Positions 1 through 11,560 of a stretch of DNA of 36,273 nucleotides are shown in pieces. The notes below the pieces were generated by a model, which worked only from the letters and a program-made list of their open reading frames with translations, was not told where the DNA came from and ran no database searches. Position numbers and translations under genes: made by a program. Source of the stretch: Octopus bimaculoides (lineage: Eukaryota); NCBI RefSeq assembly GCF_001194135.2, contig NC_069001.1, positions 22,223,232-22,259,504 on the forward strand, given 5' to 3'. Each line of letters opens with the position of its first letter. Positions within the stretch are counted from its first letter, which is position 1.

Positions 1-352
1 TTAAACTTCTCCTCTAGTTCTGATAGTGACTGCGCAATTAGTGCAAGGTCATCAGCATAGAGGAGCTCCCAGGGGCAACCTGTCTTGAATTCCTCTGTGA
101 TCGCCTGGAGGACTATGATAAATAGGAGGGGGCTGGGGACGGAACCTTGGTGGACCCCTACCTCTACCCGGAATTCATTACTTTACTCATTTACAACCTT
201 CACCTTACTGACAGCATCTCTGTACATGGCTCGCACAGCTCTCACTAACCATTCTTCTATCCCAAGTTTCCTCATTGACCACCAGATAAGGGATCGGGGG
301 ACCCTGTCAAAGGCTTTCTCCATGTCAACGAAGGCCAGGTACAGAGGTTTAA
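1..352 (-). mobile_element. RTE-type non-LTR retrotransposon (LINE) reverse-transcriptase fragment, inactivated
   Basis: Minus strand reads KPLYLAFVDMEKAFDRVPRSLIWWSMRKLG...KVKVVNE*SNEFRVEVGVHQGSVPSPLLFIIVLQAITEEFKTGCPWELLYADDLALIA. This has the DxxKAFD, GVxQG and YADD (59-48) RT motifs with one in-frame TAA. It runs off the window edge. Confidence 0.9.
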
Positions 353-712
353 AAGCAATCATAAGAATGGCCCTAATGTATTTCACACAATGCTCTCCTT
401 ACTCTAGAAAATCTTTCATTTGATATTTGAAACAAGATTTTATATTTTCTGTCCTCTTTAACCTAGTCTTCAAAAATGAAGCAAAAATGACGTTTATATA
501 AGCCATGTTCATTACTTCATTTTCTGATTATCTTTAGTTTGTTATGTATCAGTGATGTATTGAATAGAATGTTTTATACAACCCTTAGTTCAGAAATAAA
601 AATTTTTAGAATCCAATCTGGTATAAAGAATATAATACTGTAAAAAAAAAAATTTAAGACTGATTGATCTGTAGTGTAAAGGTAAATATTAAAATGTTTT
701 TATATTTAAATA

Positions 713-1172
713 TACTCTTTTACTCTTTTACTTGTTTCAGTCATTTGACTGCGGCCATGCTGGAGCACCGCCTTTAGTCGAGAAAATCGACCCCAGGACT
801 TATTCTTTGTAAGCCTAGTACTTATTCTATCGGTCTCTTTTTGCCGAATCGCTAAGTTACAGGGACGTAAACACACCAGCATCGGTTGTTAAGCGATGGT
901 GGGGGGGACAAACATAGACACACAAACACATATACACACATATATATACTTATATACGACAGGCTTCTTTCAGTTTCTGTCTACCAAACCACTCACAAGG
1001 CTTTGGTCGGCCCGAGGCTATAGTAGAAGACACTTGCCCAAGGTGCCACGCAGTGGGANNNNNNNNNNGGCTATAGTAGAAGACACTTGCCCAAGGTGCC
1101 ACGCAGTGGGACTGAACCCGGAACCATGTGGTTGGTAAGCAAGTTATTTACCACACAGCCACTCCTACGCCT
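713..1172 (-). mobile_element. tRNA-derived SINE, family 1 (octopus OR-type/CORE-like), near full length, with an internal microsatellite
   Basis: Minus strand shows an A-box-like TGGCTGTGTGGT, a B-box-like GGTTCAGTCCC, a CORE-like CTTGGGCAAGTGTCTTCTAC, an internal (TA/TG)n tract, a 3' body and an (AAAAGAGT)n tail. Homologous pieces recur at 21814, 22385, 22735, 6278 and 31841. Confidence 0.85.
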
Positions 1173-1529
1173 ATGGAAATAGTTAATATTTTGAAAAATT
1201 AGAATCATATTAAATTGAACACATCTCACAAACTTTGATATTTAATTCCTGCTTCAAAATTAGTTTTACTTCTTGTCAATAGCTGTTTCTTTCCTCTGAT
1301 ACACCATGTACAAGAGATAAAAGCTAGATTTCAGCTAATAAATTTCACTTAGGGTTCTAATGTTTTCTACGAAATTTTGTGGTACCACCATGTCTTTGTC
1401 ATTCTTGTAGACTTGCAATATTTTATTTGACAACAAAAACATTAGGTAGGTCACAAAAATTTAAAAAACCAAAAGAAATGACAAACAAAAAAATACAAGC
1501 AAAGTGATGAAAACATCAATTGCCATGGA

Positions 1530-1627
1530 ATTGCTTAGCTGAGAATAACACTTGCCCAGGATCCAACAGAGTGAACCTAATCCCAACACAATGTGTCTGC
1601 AATGCAATCTTTCCAACCACACAGCAA
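1530..1627 (-). mobile_element. Degraded SINE family 1 head
   Basis: acacttgcccagg...ccaaccacacagc resembles 1081-1160. Confidence 0.5.
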
Positions 1628-1753
1628 AGTAATCAGGTATTGATTTCATGTTTGTATCACGGTGAATTGAGAGACTGCAATTACAATTGCAATTAGATCG
1701 AAATACTATTTCAAGCTGTCTGTTTACCTGTCTGTCTCACTTTCTCCATTTCC

Positions 1754-1755
<2 letters not shown>

Positions 1756-1852
<97 letters not shown>

Positions 1853-2045
1853 AAATATGTATATATACATATTTATATGCATGTGTGTGCGTGAGTGTAT
1901 GTCTGAGAGAGAGAGAGAGAGAAAGGGAGAAAGTGAGACAGACAGGTAAACAGACAGCTTGAGATATTATGTATATATGTATGTATATATATATATATAT
2001 GTGTGTGTGTGTGAGTGTGTATGTGTGTGTGTATGTATATATATG
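1756..2045. repeat. (CT)n, (GA)n, (TA)n and (TG)n microsatellite cluster
   Basis: Directly visible dinucleotide runs. Confidence 0.95.
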
Positions 2046-2211
2046 GGGGCGGGGCGGTGTAGTAGACATACATATAATGCACGTATTCTATTCATATATT
2101 AGCTCAGAGCAAAGAGAATTTCACTTTAAAAAAAGCATCTGAGAACATTTTCATTTCCTATGAATATATCTAGAGATCTGATTCTGTCTTTTAGTGAATT
2201 TGTGAAATTTA

Positions 2212-2213
2212 TA

Positions 2214-2266
<53 letters not shown>

Positions 2267-2318
2267 AACACATAATAATAATAATAATAATAATAATACT
2301 AATAACAATAATAATAAC

Positions 2319-2376
<58 letters not shown>

Positions 2377-2530
2377 GTAACAGCAACAAAAATAATAAAT
2401 ACAAGAAGAAGGAAAATAAGAATAAGAGGAAGGAGTGGAAGAAGAAGAAGAAGAAGAAGAAGAAGAAGAAGAAGAAGAAGAAGAAGAAGAAGAAGAAGAA
2501 GAAGAAGAAGAAGAAGGAGGAGGAGGAGGG
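2212..2530. repeat. Serial trinucleotide microsatellites (ATG)n-(AAT)n-(GAA)n-(GAG)n
   Basis: Directly visible. It generates the homopolymer ORFs in the track. Confidence 0.95.
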
Positions 2531-2779
2531 GATTCAACATCAAATAATATCATTATCATCAGTTTTATTGTTATAATTTTATTCTTTTCCAGTGAAACGA
2601 TTCAAAAATGATCCCATGCCTTCGTCGTCCTCCTCCTTCTAATGTCATCAATATCAAGCCCACCACCACCAATAACAACAACACCCTTTCCATCATCATC
2701 ACCATTCCCTAGCAACAAACTCAAGTATATTTATTCACTAATGGTGTGCAAATATTCTGTGTTGAAATATTTGACTAAA

Positions 2780-2823
<44 letters not shown>

Positions 2824-3322
2824 NNNNNNNNNNNNNNNNNNNNNNNNNNNNNNNNNNNNNNNNNNNNNNNNNNNNNNNNNNNNNNNNNNNNNNNNNNNNN
2901 NNNNNNNNNNNNNNNNNNNNNNNNNNNNNNNNNNNNNNNNNNNNNNNNNNNNNNNNNNNNNNNNNNNNNNNNNNNNNNNNNNNNNNNNNNNNNNNNNNNN
3001 NNNNNNNNNNNNNNNNNNNNNNNNNNNNNNNNNNNNNNNNNNNNNNNNNNNNNNNNNNNNNNNNNNNNNNNNNNNNNNNNNNNNNNNNNNNNNNNNNNNN
3101 NNNNNNNNNNNNNNNNNNNNNNNNNNNNNNNNNNNNNNNNNNNNNNNNNNNNNNNNNNNNNNNNNNNNNNNNNNNNNNNNNNNNNNNNNNNNNNNNNNNN
3201 NNNNNNNNNNNNNNNNNNNNNNNNNNNNNNNNNNNNNNNNNNNNNNNNNNNNNNNNNNNNNNNNNNNNNNNNNNNNNNNNNNNNNNNNNNNNNNNNNNNN
3301 NNNNNNNNNNNNNNNNNNNNNN
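2824..3322. other. Assembly gap flanked by (TA)n
   Basis: N-run. Other gaps: 1059-1068, 17572-17581, 21352-21813, 23691-24042, 27485-28407, 28937-29241. Confidence 0.99.
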
Positions 3323-3363
<41 letters not shown>

Positions 3364-3689
3364 CATACATACATACATACATATACATATACAAAGCAAC
3401 ATTATGAGTGATGAGTATTATCCAAATTCCACTCAGCTGCCAAAATAACAGAACAAAGTACAATATTTAGCTTAGAGCAGATTTGGGTCCATTATTGTTC
3501 CTAGATTACACTATGAGTGAAAGAAACATTCGCTAAACAATATCTGTTTCATTATTTGATTGTCTCTTTAACAATTTTTCTTGCATCTGATGAAGTCAGA
3601 TCACTGCTTGAAATATCTTCATGCAATAAATATATTCTAGTGATAAAGCAGTTTGCCAGACTTGTAGAAGGATTTCAAAATGCATTTGC

Positions 3690-4059
3690 AATGCATGTAT
3701 ACATAAACTTATATACATATACGTATGTGTGTGTGTACATATATGTATTTATATAAAGATAGATAGATTCGTGTATAGATATATATATACGCATACATGC
3801 ACACGCACACACATATTTATATACATATATATGTATATATACACATATACATACATATGCATCTATATATATATGTATATGTGTATATATCTGTATGAAT
3901 GTGAGTATACAAATGTGCATGCATATATATACATATATATATATATGTGTGTGTATGTGTGTGTGTATGTTTGTGTGTATATATATAGTATATACAAATA
4001 TGTATAAATATATATATGTATACATATATATGTGTGTGTGTGTGTGTATACATATATAC

Positions 4060-4093
<34 letters not shown>

Positions 4094-4230
4094 GTATGTA
4101 TATATACATACATACCTATAAATACACACATATATATACGTGCATACATATATGCATGCATGCATGTATACATACATACAGACATAATTGCATACATACA
4201 GACATAATTGCATACATAGAGACACACATA
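3690..4230. repeat. Degenerate purine/pyrimidine-alternating (TA/TG/CA) low-complexity tract
   Basis: About 540 bp of mixed TATA/CACA/TGTG. The overlapping YI/HT/VC ORFs are artefacts. Confidence 0.9.
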
Positions 4231-4544
4231 TAGTTTTATGTAATTTCAATTATATTTTTTCTTTTCTATTTCATTATGATGTATTTTTCTTTGTTTCTGG
4301 TTAAGATATGAAATTAAAACTTAAGATATAAAATAGTTTGATATTTTACTGCACTAAAAATTTCTATATTTTAACTTTGATATTATTATGTTATATATTT
4401 TATCTGTCATGAATTCTTATGTCTTTTATCATCATAATGAACACAAAAAACAATGGTGGGAAATGAATACATCAGTGCGTTGAAATAAATGGGTACATAT
4501 TTAGGCATTTCAAATCGTATATATGTGTGTGTGTGTGTGTTTTG

Positions 4545-4609
<65 letters not shown>

Positions 4610-4676
4610 GAGAATTTACGAAAAAACAAACAGATGGAGACAGGTGGTGTAAGCAACAAATAGATGTATTAGTATA
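4610..4676 (-). mobile_element. Short terminal fragment of a probable Penelope-like element
   Basis: gagaatttacgaaaaaacaaacagatggagacaggtggtgta...gatgtattagtata resembles, from memory, an abundant octopus repeat end associated with Penelope-like elements. Not verified. Confidence 0.35.
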
Positions 4677-4681
4677 CATAT

Positions 4682-4720
<39 letters not shown>

Positions 4721-5215
4721 CACTTATATGTATGTGCACCTATAATTACAAGTGTGTTCCTTCATGGATACACACACATATATTAAGATATATATATTTA
4801 TATGTATATACATATATATGTGTGAGTGTGACCAGATATATATAAATATATATATATATATATACAGATACACACGCACACATGCATATATATATATGTG
4901 TATATATTTGTAGAAAAGTATGTATTTATATCTTCTCTAATTGTATTTATATTAATACATGCATGTGTATATTTATGTATATGCATTAATAATTTATATA
5001 TGCCTTTGCCTATAAAAAAATATACTTTTCTTCGTCTTTTTCCAATACTTTGTACAATGGATGTATCTTGCAAAAGTATTGTCTGTCCATTTATTTCAAC
5101 AATTCTTTATGACTTTCATGATATTCACGTGATGGAGATCAGCTTTCACTTCTTCATTATTCTTCCTTATCTACTTGTTCTTTTAACCCTTATTACTCTG
5201 ATATCTCATTGTCTA

Positions 5216-5425
5216 AAGGCACTGAGCTGGCAGAATTGATAACACATCGTGCAAAATGCTTAATGGCATTTCGTCTGTCTTTATGTTCCAAGTTCAAATT
5301 CTGCCGCGGTCAACTTTGCTTTACATCTTTTTGGGGTCGATAAAATAGCTACCTGTTGACTACCAGGTTTGATATAATCAACTTCTCCCCTAAATTACTG
5401 GCCTCGCACCAAAATTTGAAACTGA
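5216..5425 (+). mobile_element. tRNA-derived SINE, family 2 (octopus OK-like)
   Basis: aaggc..gagctggcagaat head, B-box-like GTTCAAATTC, and ggggtcgataaaat module. Homologous to copies at 15963, 16515, 19715, 24665 and 34435. Confidence 0.85.
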
Positions 5426-5640
5426 TATTTCTCTATAAAACATTTATCCTTTATATTCAACACGTTTGCACCAGTAGAATTTCTTACCTTGTACACTTCA
5501 TCAGGTTCTTCTCATACCAAGTCTTCTCCCATACTCATTTGTGCTTTATTTTTCATGGACACAAAATTTGCAGCATGTTCCCTTTATTTTTTTTAAGCTT
5601 TTAATCCACCTTCCTATGCAATATTAATGTTGCATAGGAA

Positions 5641-5886
5641 TCCATGTTGGTGACATGTAAAAGGCACCTATGCCAGTGACACGTAAAGTGGCACCTGTAC
5701 TGGTGACATGTAAAGGACACCCAGTACACTCCGGGGGTGCAGTTGGCATTAGGAATGGCATCCAAATATAGAGACCAAGCCAAAACAGAGTGGAACCTGG
5801 TGCAATAACTCTCCAGTTTATCATCTCCAGTCAATCCTTCTAACGCATGCCAGTCTGGAAAACAGACGTTAAATGATGACGATGAG
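5641..5886 (+). mobile_element. 3' part of a third retroposon (SINE) with internal ~25-30 bp tandem units and a (GAT)n-like tail
   Basis: Three ggtgacatgtaaa(ag)gcacc-like units, then gttggcattaggaatggcatcc...ggaaaacagacgttaaatgatgacgatga, a typical retroposon 3' end. Confidence 0.6.
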
Positions 5887-6277
5887 TAAATTTCTTACAC
5901 AAGTCCAATACAAACAATCTACCCCATACTTGAGAAAATCCAGTTTCTTCAAGCAGAGGTTATGGTAACATTCAGCTTTTACCGTTTCATTACTCTGACT
6001 ATCATATTTTTGGTGTACCTGCATCCACTGCTGATTTGATTAACTACGAAACAGAGGGTGTCAACTAAATTAAAAGAAAATATCTGAAAGAATTCATTTT
6101 ATAGGTTTTCTTACTGATAACAACATCTGTGCATCTACTACAGACAATTTCTTTTAACATTGCCCCACCTTGTCCTTTCACTGTATCGATTGTGCACTCG
6201 TATTTTACATTGTATACTTAGAGCAGATTTTCAACCTGAATGTTTTCCCTGCTTTTTTGTAATGGCTATAATCAATC

Positions 6278-6377
6278 TTTTAACTTTTAACTTTTACTTG
6301 TTTCAGTCATTAGACAATGGCAATGCTTGGGCCCTGCTTTGATGAAGTTTTATTCAAATGAATTGACCCTAGTACTT
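6278..6377 (-). mobile_element. Degraded 3' end of SINE family 1
   Basis: cttttacttgtttcagtcattagac..gccctgcttt resembles 725-775. Confidence 0.6.
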
Positions 6378-6532
6378 AAGGAAACAGCACACATAAACTA
6401 AAGAAGGACTTTAGCTAAGCTTCCTGGCCTTTCAAACTAAATAGAACTAAGTTCTTAGATGGTACACTAGATTTCGGCAGTCTCTATTACAAGTCATGTC
6501 ACATGTCCCATGGCAAGATCACTTAAAAGAAC

Positions 6533-6597
6533 ATTTGGTCCTGCCATTTGGTCCTGTCATTTGGTCCTGCCATTTGGTCCTGCCATTTGGTCCTGCT
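6533..6597. repeat. 13-bp minisatellite (ATTTGGTCCTGCC) x5
   Basis: Five tandem units with two substitutions in total. Confidence 0.95.
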
Positions 6598-6693
6598 TCG
6601 GTTTTTATGGACTGAGTCAATAGAGTGAGTAGAAAGATCTCAACTCTCTACTCTAGAATGAGAATAATTAATTATTACAACAATGCTCTATAG

Positions 6694-6935
6694 CAGTGTT
6701 TCTCAATCATTTTTTGCCTATAGACCCCTGTTTTACTCGGGTGGACTCTCCTAGCCATTCGATGTTTTAAAATATTCAATTATAGTTTTATTGCTTAATT
6801 TTACTAGCAATTGTGTTAAAAAAATGGTTCAACTATTTTGTGCAATATAGAAGTATAACCTATTTATTGCACGTAAAGTTTAACAACAAAACCTTTTATG
6901 GAGCATTAACTGTTATATGGACCCAGATAGAAAAC
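6694..6935 (+). mobile_element. hAT (Charlie-like) MITE, copy 1
   Basis: Begins with CAGTGTTTCTCAATC, preceded by CTCTATAG (Charlie-like target). The body is homologous, in inverted orientation, to 20003-20246. The right end is decayed. Confidence 0.7.
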
Positions 6936-7602
6936 CAAAACTCGAGAGCAAGAAATTTTTAAGAAAAAACCTAAGTATAAATTTATGAATTGTCAAAAAG
7001 CCCCGTCTTGTATGTTATTTACACTGTCACCTTCATTGTGTGTGGGGGGGGGGGGTAATTCTTGTTTTTTTTTTTGGCCATAAAAATTATCATAGTCAAC
7101 ATCACCATCATTTTTCTGAAAACTTCGTCTCTTTGCTTTCAAGTCCTGTCACTCCAATCTATTAGTGTTCTGTTGCCTTTTCATGCAATGTAACATTCAC
7201 ATTTATGTAATCCTGCTTGCTTCATTTCTCCGAAACATCTGAAATATTGCACGTTCAGTACCATGTGTTCCAACCTCACAGCATGGCACTAATGATGCAT
7301 GATTCATATAATTTTCCTTTGTGCAGAAAGCAGTCAACTGAGATAATATCACTTGAAATTTTATTTACTCCGTCCATGTTCTACATGCTTGCTGGATTTC
7401 TCCAGGAACATTTTAAAATAATTAAATCACCTACATTGCCGAGACTGTCAGTGAAGTGTAATGAATCAATGACACTGTTCATGGATTTCATATTTAGAAT
7501 GTTTCACTGTCACAACTACTCCTGAACACACACATTACATCTCAAGGATTGCACCACTGTCGATCTGTTAGGTCTCACTGGATATTTTCTGTAACCTTTC
7601 GA

Positions 7603-7665
<63 letters not shown>

Positions 7666-7730
7666 GTTGCTGCTGCCGCTACTACCACGCCTCCGGTTGC
7701 TGCCGCTGCCACTACTACTGCTGCTGCAAC
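7603..7730. repeat. (ACT)n microsatellite grading into GCT/GCC triplets
   Basis: Directly visible. Confidence 0.9.
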
Positions 7731-7803
7731 TTGTGCCAACGTCCACACGGGATGATTTGTGCTGGCTTCAACAAGTCAGTCTACAGCATCCCAAATAGAT
7801 TGC

Positions 7804-7804
<1 letters not shown>

Positions 7805-7834
<30 letters not shown>

Positions 7835-8150
7835 TGTATGTATGTATGTATGTATGCACGTATGTATGTGTGTGTGTCATTGTCCTGTTTTATTTCAAGA
7901 TTTCTTGCCAATAGAGAAAGAGCCGGTTTCTATCCCAGATCCAAGGCACCTTCATTAGAATTTCAACATCAGCAACAAGGTATTTTTGTTTGTATGTATG
8001 TAAGTATGTAGATTTTTTATGTTTTGTTTTATGTATGTATTCTCATGCACATAGTTGCATATCTAGGCATACTCATATATGTTTAAATGATAAACTTCTG
8101 TTTCTCATTTAAAGTTCCAGTGATGGATTGGTCTTTTTCTCTTTTTAATG
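7805..8150. repeat. (TATG)n array plus an adjacent probable interspersed repeat of unknown class
   Basis: The tetranucleotide run is visible. The following ttcaagatttcttgccaatagagaaagagccggtttc resembles a recurrent octopus repeat from memory only. Confidence 0.4.
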
Positions 8151-8459
8151 TTTGAGTAAATTTTGATCGGCCACTTACTTGGTAGCAGGGCTGTGAAGGA
8201 AAGTATCTTCTTTCAATCATCATCCTTTAAATCTTAAGGACTTGCATATCTTTATGGTGTCAGATATGGCGATCATTTGTACCATATGTTGCATTCTGTC
8301 TGTCGCTCTGTATATATGCGTGTATGTATATATGCGTGTATGTATATATGCGTGTATGTATATATGCGTGTATATATGCGTGTTCTTGTTTTTGTATGTA
8401 CGCATACATGTGTGCATATATGCATGCATTATGTATGTACATCTACATATACGATGCTA

Positions 8460-8605
8460 CTTCCACACGCTTTAAATCTACAAAATTTCACCCACAGCGC
8501 ATTGTTGTTCTAAAACTATATTAGAACGTACTTCTCCAATGAGCTGTTGAGTGGGATCAAGCCACAAATCACGTGATGCCGAACAAGTTTGCACCCACAC
8601 AATCA
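8460..8605 (-). mobile_element. Highly degraded SINE family 1 head
   Basis: ctacaaaatttcacccacagcg...ctatattagaacgtacttctccaa...gtgggatcaagcc aligns by eye to 975-1150. Confidence 0.5.
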
Positions 8606-10120
8606 TACCTGTGCCATTGAATATTTCATGTATCTTTTATCTCATTTCCTTCTACCATGTGTATAGCTTGCAAATCCACTTCTGTCATAATGGAATCAGC
8701 TTATCAATTATTACTGTATGTTAGATTACTTTTCCTAAATAATCTTATAAAATTTATTTACCCAAACCCAGTTTAGGGAAATAAACCCCCATAAGAAATT
8801 GGATTACCTTCATTATTAAACCTACATTCTCTCAGTTTAGACGTCTCTTCTTCGATATCATTCCATTCTTATCGATGAATAATCGATATGGCAAATTGCT
8901 TTACCCATTTGACATAAAATATTAAATAAACTGAAATGAAGGTAAATATAGAACTTCTCTTCAAGATTATATATTTATTTTCTTTTAAAATATTTTAAAT
9001 CATCCTCCATTATAATTTAAAAAAATCAAAACAATGGCCAGCCATAGGAAAAACATTGGGTACGTTTGTAACTTCATAGTTGAAAAAGTGAAAAAACGTT
9101 TTATTTTCTATAATCTGTTTCCGTATTTAATATGTGCACTTCCCTTTATAAATGCAATTCGTGCTGTAGGGATTCAAAACGTGAAATTAATAAATCGCTC
9201 TCCTTTATTAAAAGGAAGTGGGTAATATCAAAGAAAAATTCTATTACAACATAATTTAATCAGCAAGATTTACTTCATTCTCAAGAGAGTGCCAATTTTT
9301 CTAATATGATGATCATAACATGGAGGAAATCTGTTTGCATAAAATATTTTATAAATATATTAAAGGAAAAGAAGCATTAATTAAATACTTTATGGAACCA
9401 ATATCACAACATTAATTCCAATAACCACGTGTTCGGATCTGAATAGACGGTTCGCAATATCAATCAAAAACTACCCACTGAAACCCACTCACTCAACTTG
9501 CTACGGAGCCTCTTATTTCAAGTGCTGGAGACATTTTACAATATGAAATGAATTGAAACATGGATTGTTTGACGGGTAATTGGATATTGTTTAGGCTGCA
9601 TGATGTTCCCATATGAAACCAAGTCAGCAGAAAATTATGTCTAGTAATTTCACAACACTGCGTGAGCATTTGAGTATAATCTGTGTTGCATTAATATGAA
9701 AAGATATTCATAGATTACAATTCATAGCTGGAAATAGCATAATATGACATGCCAAAAAAATGTTTGTTCGAACTTTAACACTTGGTATGGTTTTGACCTA
9801 TTAAGCAAATATTCGGGTGCCGTGTCATGTCCTCTTTGATATCCTCAATTTAATATGCAGCCGTTAGAACAGCTATAGTGAGAGTATAATTCGCAGCTCG
9901 ACTCAAGAGACTTTAAAATTGATGAAAGTGGTGTTCGTCATACCGGTTCAAAAGTCTGGACTCTATGAAATTGGCGCCTTTATTGACTGTATTTATAGGC
10001 TTTGCTCGTGGAAGATCCAGACATGCTAAAGAAGTATCACGTGAACAATAGCCATTGATTGGACAACGTTAATTATATCTAACTATCTATCTGTTTGTAC
10101 TGATTATATATAGTTGTTTG

Positions 10121-10153
<33 letters not shown>

Positions 10154-10232
10154 ATTATATATGTATATGTATGCAATGATTTGAGTCTAATATTGGGGTA
10201 TAGAAGCCCTCAACATAAATAAGTGGGTTTTC

Positions 10233-10304
10233 TGTACGCGTAGGACTCGAACTCACACTTTTATGTTTTCAGGGCAAGTGTGCTACTATTTACACCAACG
10301 TACC
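10233..10304 (-). pseudogene. tRNA-like sequence (tRNA pseudogene or SINE head)
   Basis: 72 nt parse as GGTACGT-TG-GTGT-AAATAGTA-GCAC-A-CTTGC-CCTGAAA-ACATA-AAAGT-GTGAG-TTCGAGT-CCTAC-GCGTACA. Acceptor and D stems mostly pair, a TTCGA T-loop is present, and the anticodon stem does not pair. Confidence 0.6.
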
Positions 10305-10423
10305 ACTCACCGCTTCTTCTGAGATTGAAGAACTATAAACTCGTCGAGGGCGAATAGGTGAGCAGCCGATAAATGGATTCAGTTACAAATCATAATGCTT
10401 CATAAGAAACATAATCTACAACT

Positions 10424-11560
10424 TTGCCAGAGTTATTTTACTATCAACGGAAACAACCATGTAAACCAAGTAATGCTCAGTATCTTGCTGAAAAACTGAG
10501 ATGTCAGATAGAAAACGCCATAACCGAGAAACATGCTGGCTTTCGTAAAAGTAGGAGGCCTGATGAGCAGACTATCAATCCCCGCATCTTTTGTGAGGAA
10601 TATCTCCAGCAACACAAAGAACTCTATGGTGTTTTCATTGGTTTTAGGAAAGCTTAATGCTGTCTGGACCACAATGAAACACTTAGGGAAATAATCATGC
10701 GTGACACCGTCGAGGAATAGTTGAAAGCCAGTCGTGGCTGGCTCCTCTTTCACACACCTTTCAGTATCTTCCTAGAGCAGACGAGAGCATTATTCTTGAA
10801 TCCTGTCTCCAAGAGGACACAGTAAACATCGGATTGAGGAACTGGTAAGAAGGAAAAATGAACTGATTAAATTCGTCACGTGACTTTATAAATTGTCCGC
10901 GATGTTTTGCATAGAAATCAGTGCCGAAGTAACTAAACTACAATGGTTCATTACAACGTTAATTGTATCATTACAACAGTCATCTCTGTATAAATATAGA
11001 AATTAGAAATAGTGCAGCAATTGAAATAATGGGCTGGGAATTACTATTGATAAGATGAGGACCAGGAAGCCTTGCAAGAACCACACGGATAATAAGTGCA
11101 CTCAACAAACTCAAGCCGATAAGGGGAGCTTGAAAAGAACCATGTAAAGCAAACTTTAACTACCGCAAATGTTGGAACTTTCCATTTTCCTGTAAACATG
11201 CGATAACAGGACGCTCACAGAAGGGTCTCTAAAGACGATGCAGGCATTTCAAATGAGATGCTATCGCAACATCATTAACATCTCTTACTTTGGATAAATG
11301 GATAAATTTGTGAAATTATTCGGTTTCACTTTGGCGCCTGAAATGTCTTTTTCACAACGATGAGGAAAATTTGAGATGATATGTCCCAGGTGTAAGATTC
11401 ACTGATATTGCATAGACTACTATTTAAAGAACTGTAGAGGGAGGAGGATAGGTGAATGGGAGTAAAAAGATGGGTGAGCAACATCAAGGAATCAACAACT
11501 AATCATCGATGGTGGGACCAGCTATGACACACAACCACGACGAATTAAAAAGACTGGTGT
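10424..11560 (+). mobile_element. Degraded, 5'-truncated RTE-type LINE (RT and C-terminal region)
   Basis: Colinear remnants: IENAITEKHAGFRKSRR..INPRIFCEEYLQQHKELYGVFIGFRKA, IEISAEVTKL, MQAFQMRCYRNIINISY, and RWVSNIKE-like. Many stops and frameshifts. Confidence 0.8.

Noticed and set aside
1017-1110. 42-bp direct repeat ggctatagtagaagacac...cagtggga on both sides of a 10-N gap
   Set aside because: An identical overlap across a scaffold gap indicates unmerged contig ends, not a biological duplication.
2126-2576. ORFs with polyM/N/K, polyL/I, polyS/Y
   Set aside because: They are translations of trinucleotide microsatellites, open in several frames on both strands, with no domain content.
3675-4249. 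Overlapping YI/HT/VC-rich ORFs resembling zinc-finger or Cys-rich proteins
   Set aside because: They arise from alternating dinucleotide repeats, which lack stop codons.
7603-7730. Similarity (inverted) to 33545-33720, sharing ggtagta(g/a)cggcagcagcaacagtagtagtag
   Set aside because: Both are low-complexity AGT/GCA triplet mixtures, so convergent slippage explains the match.
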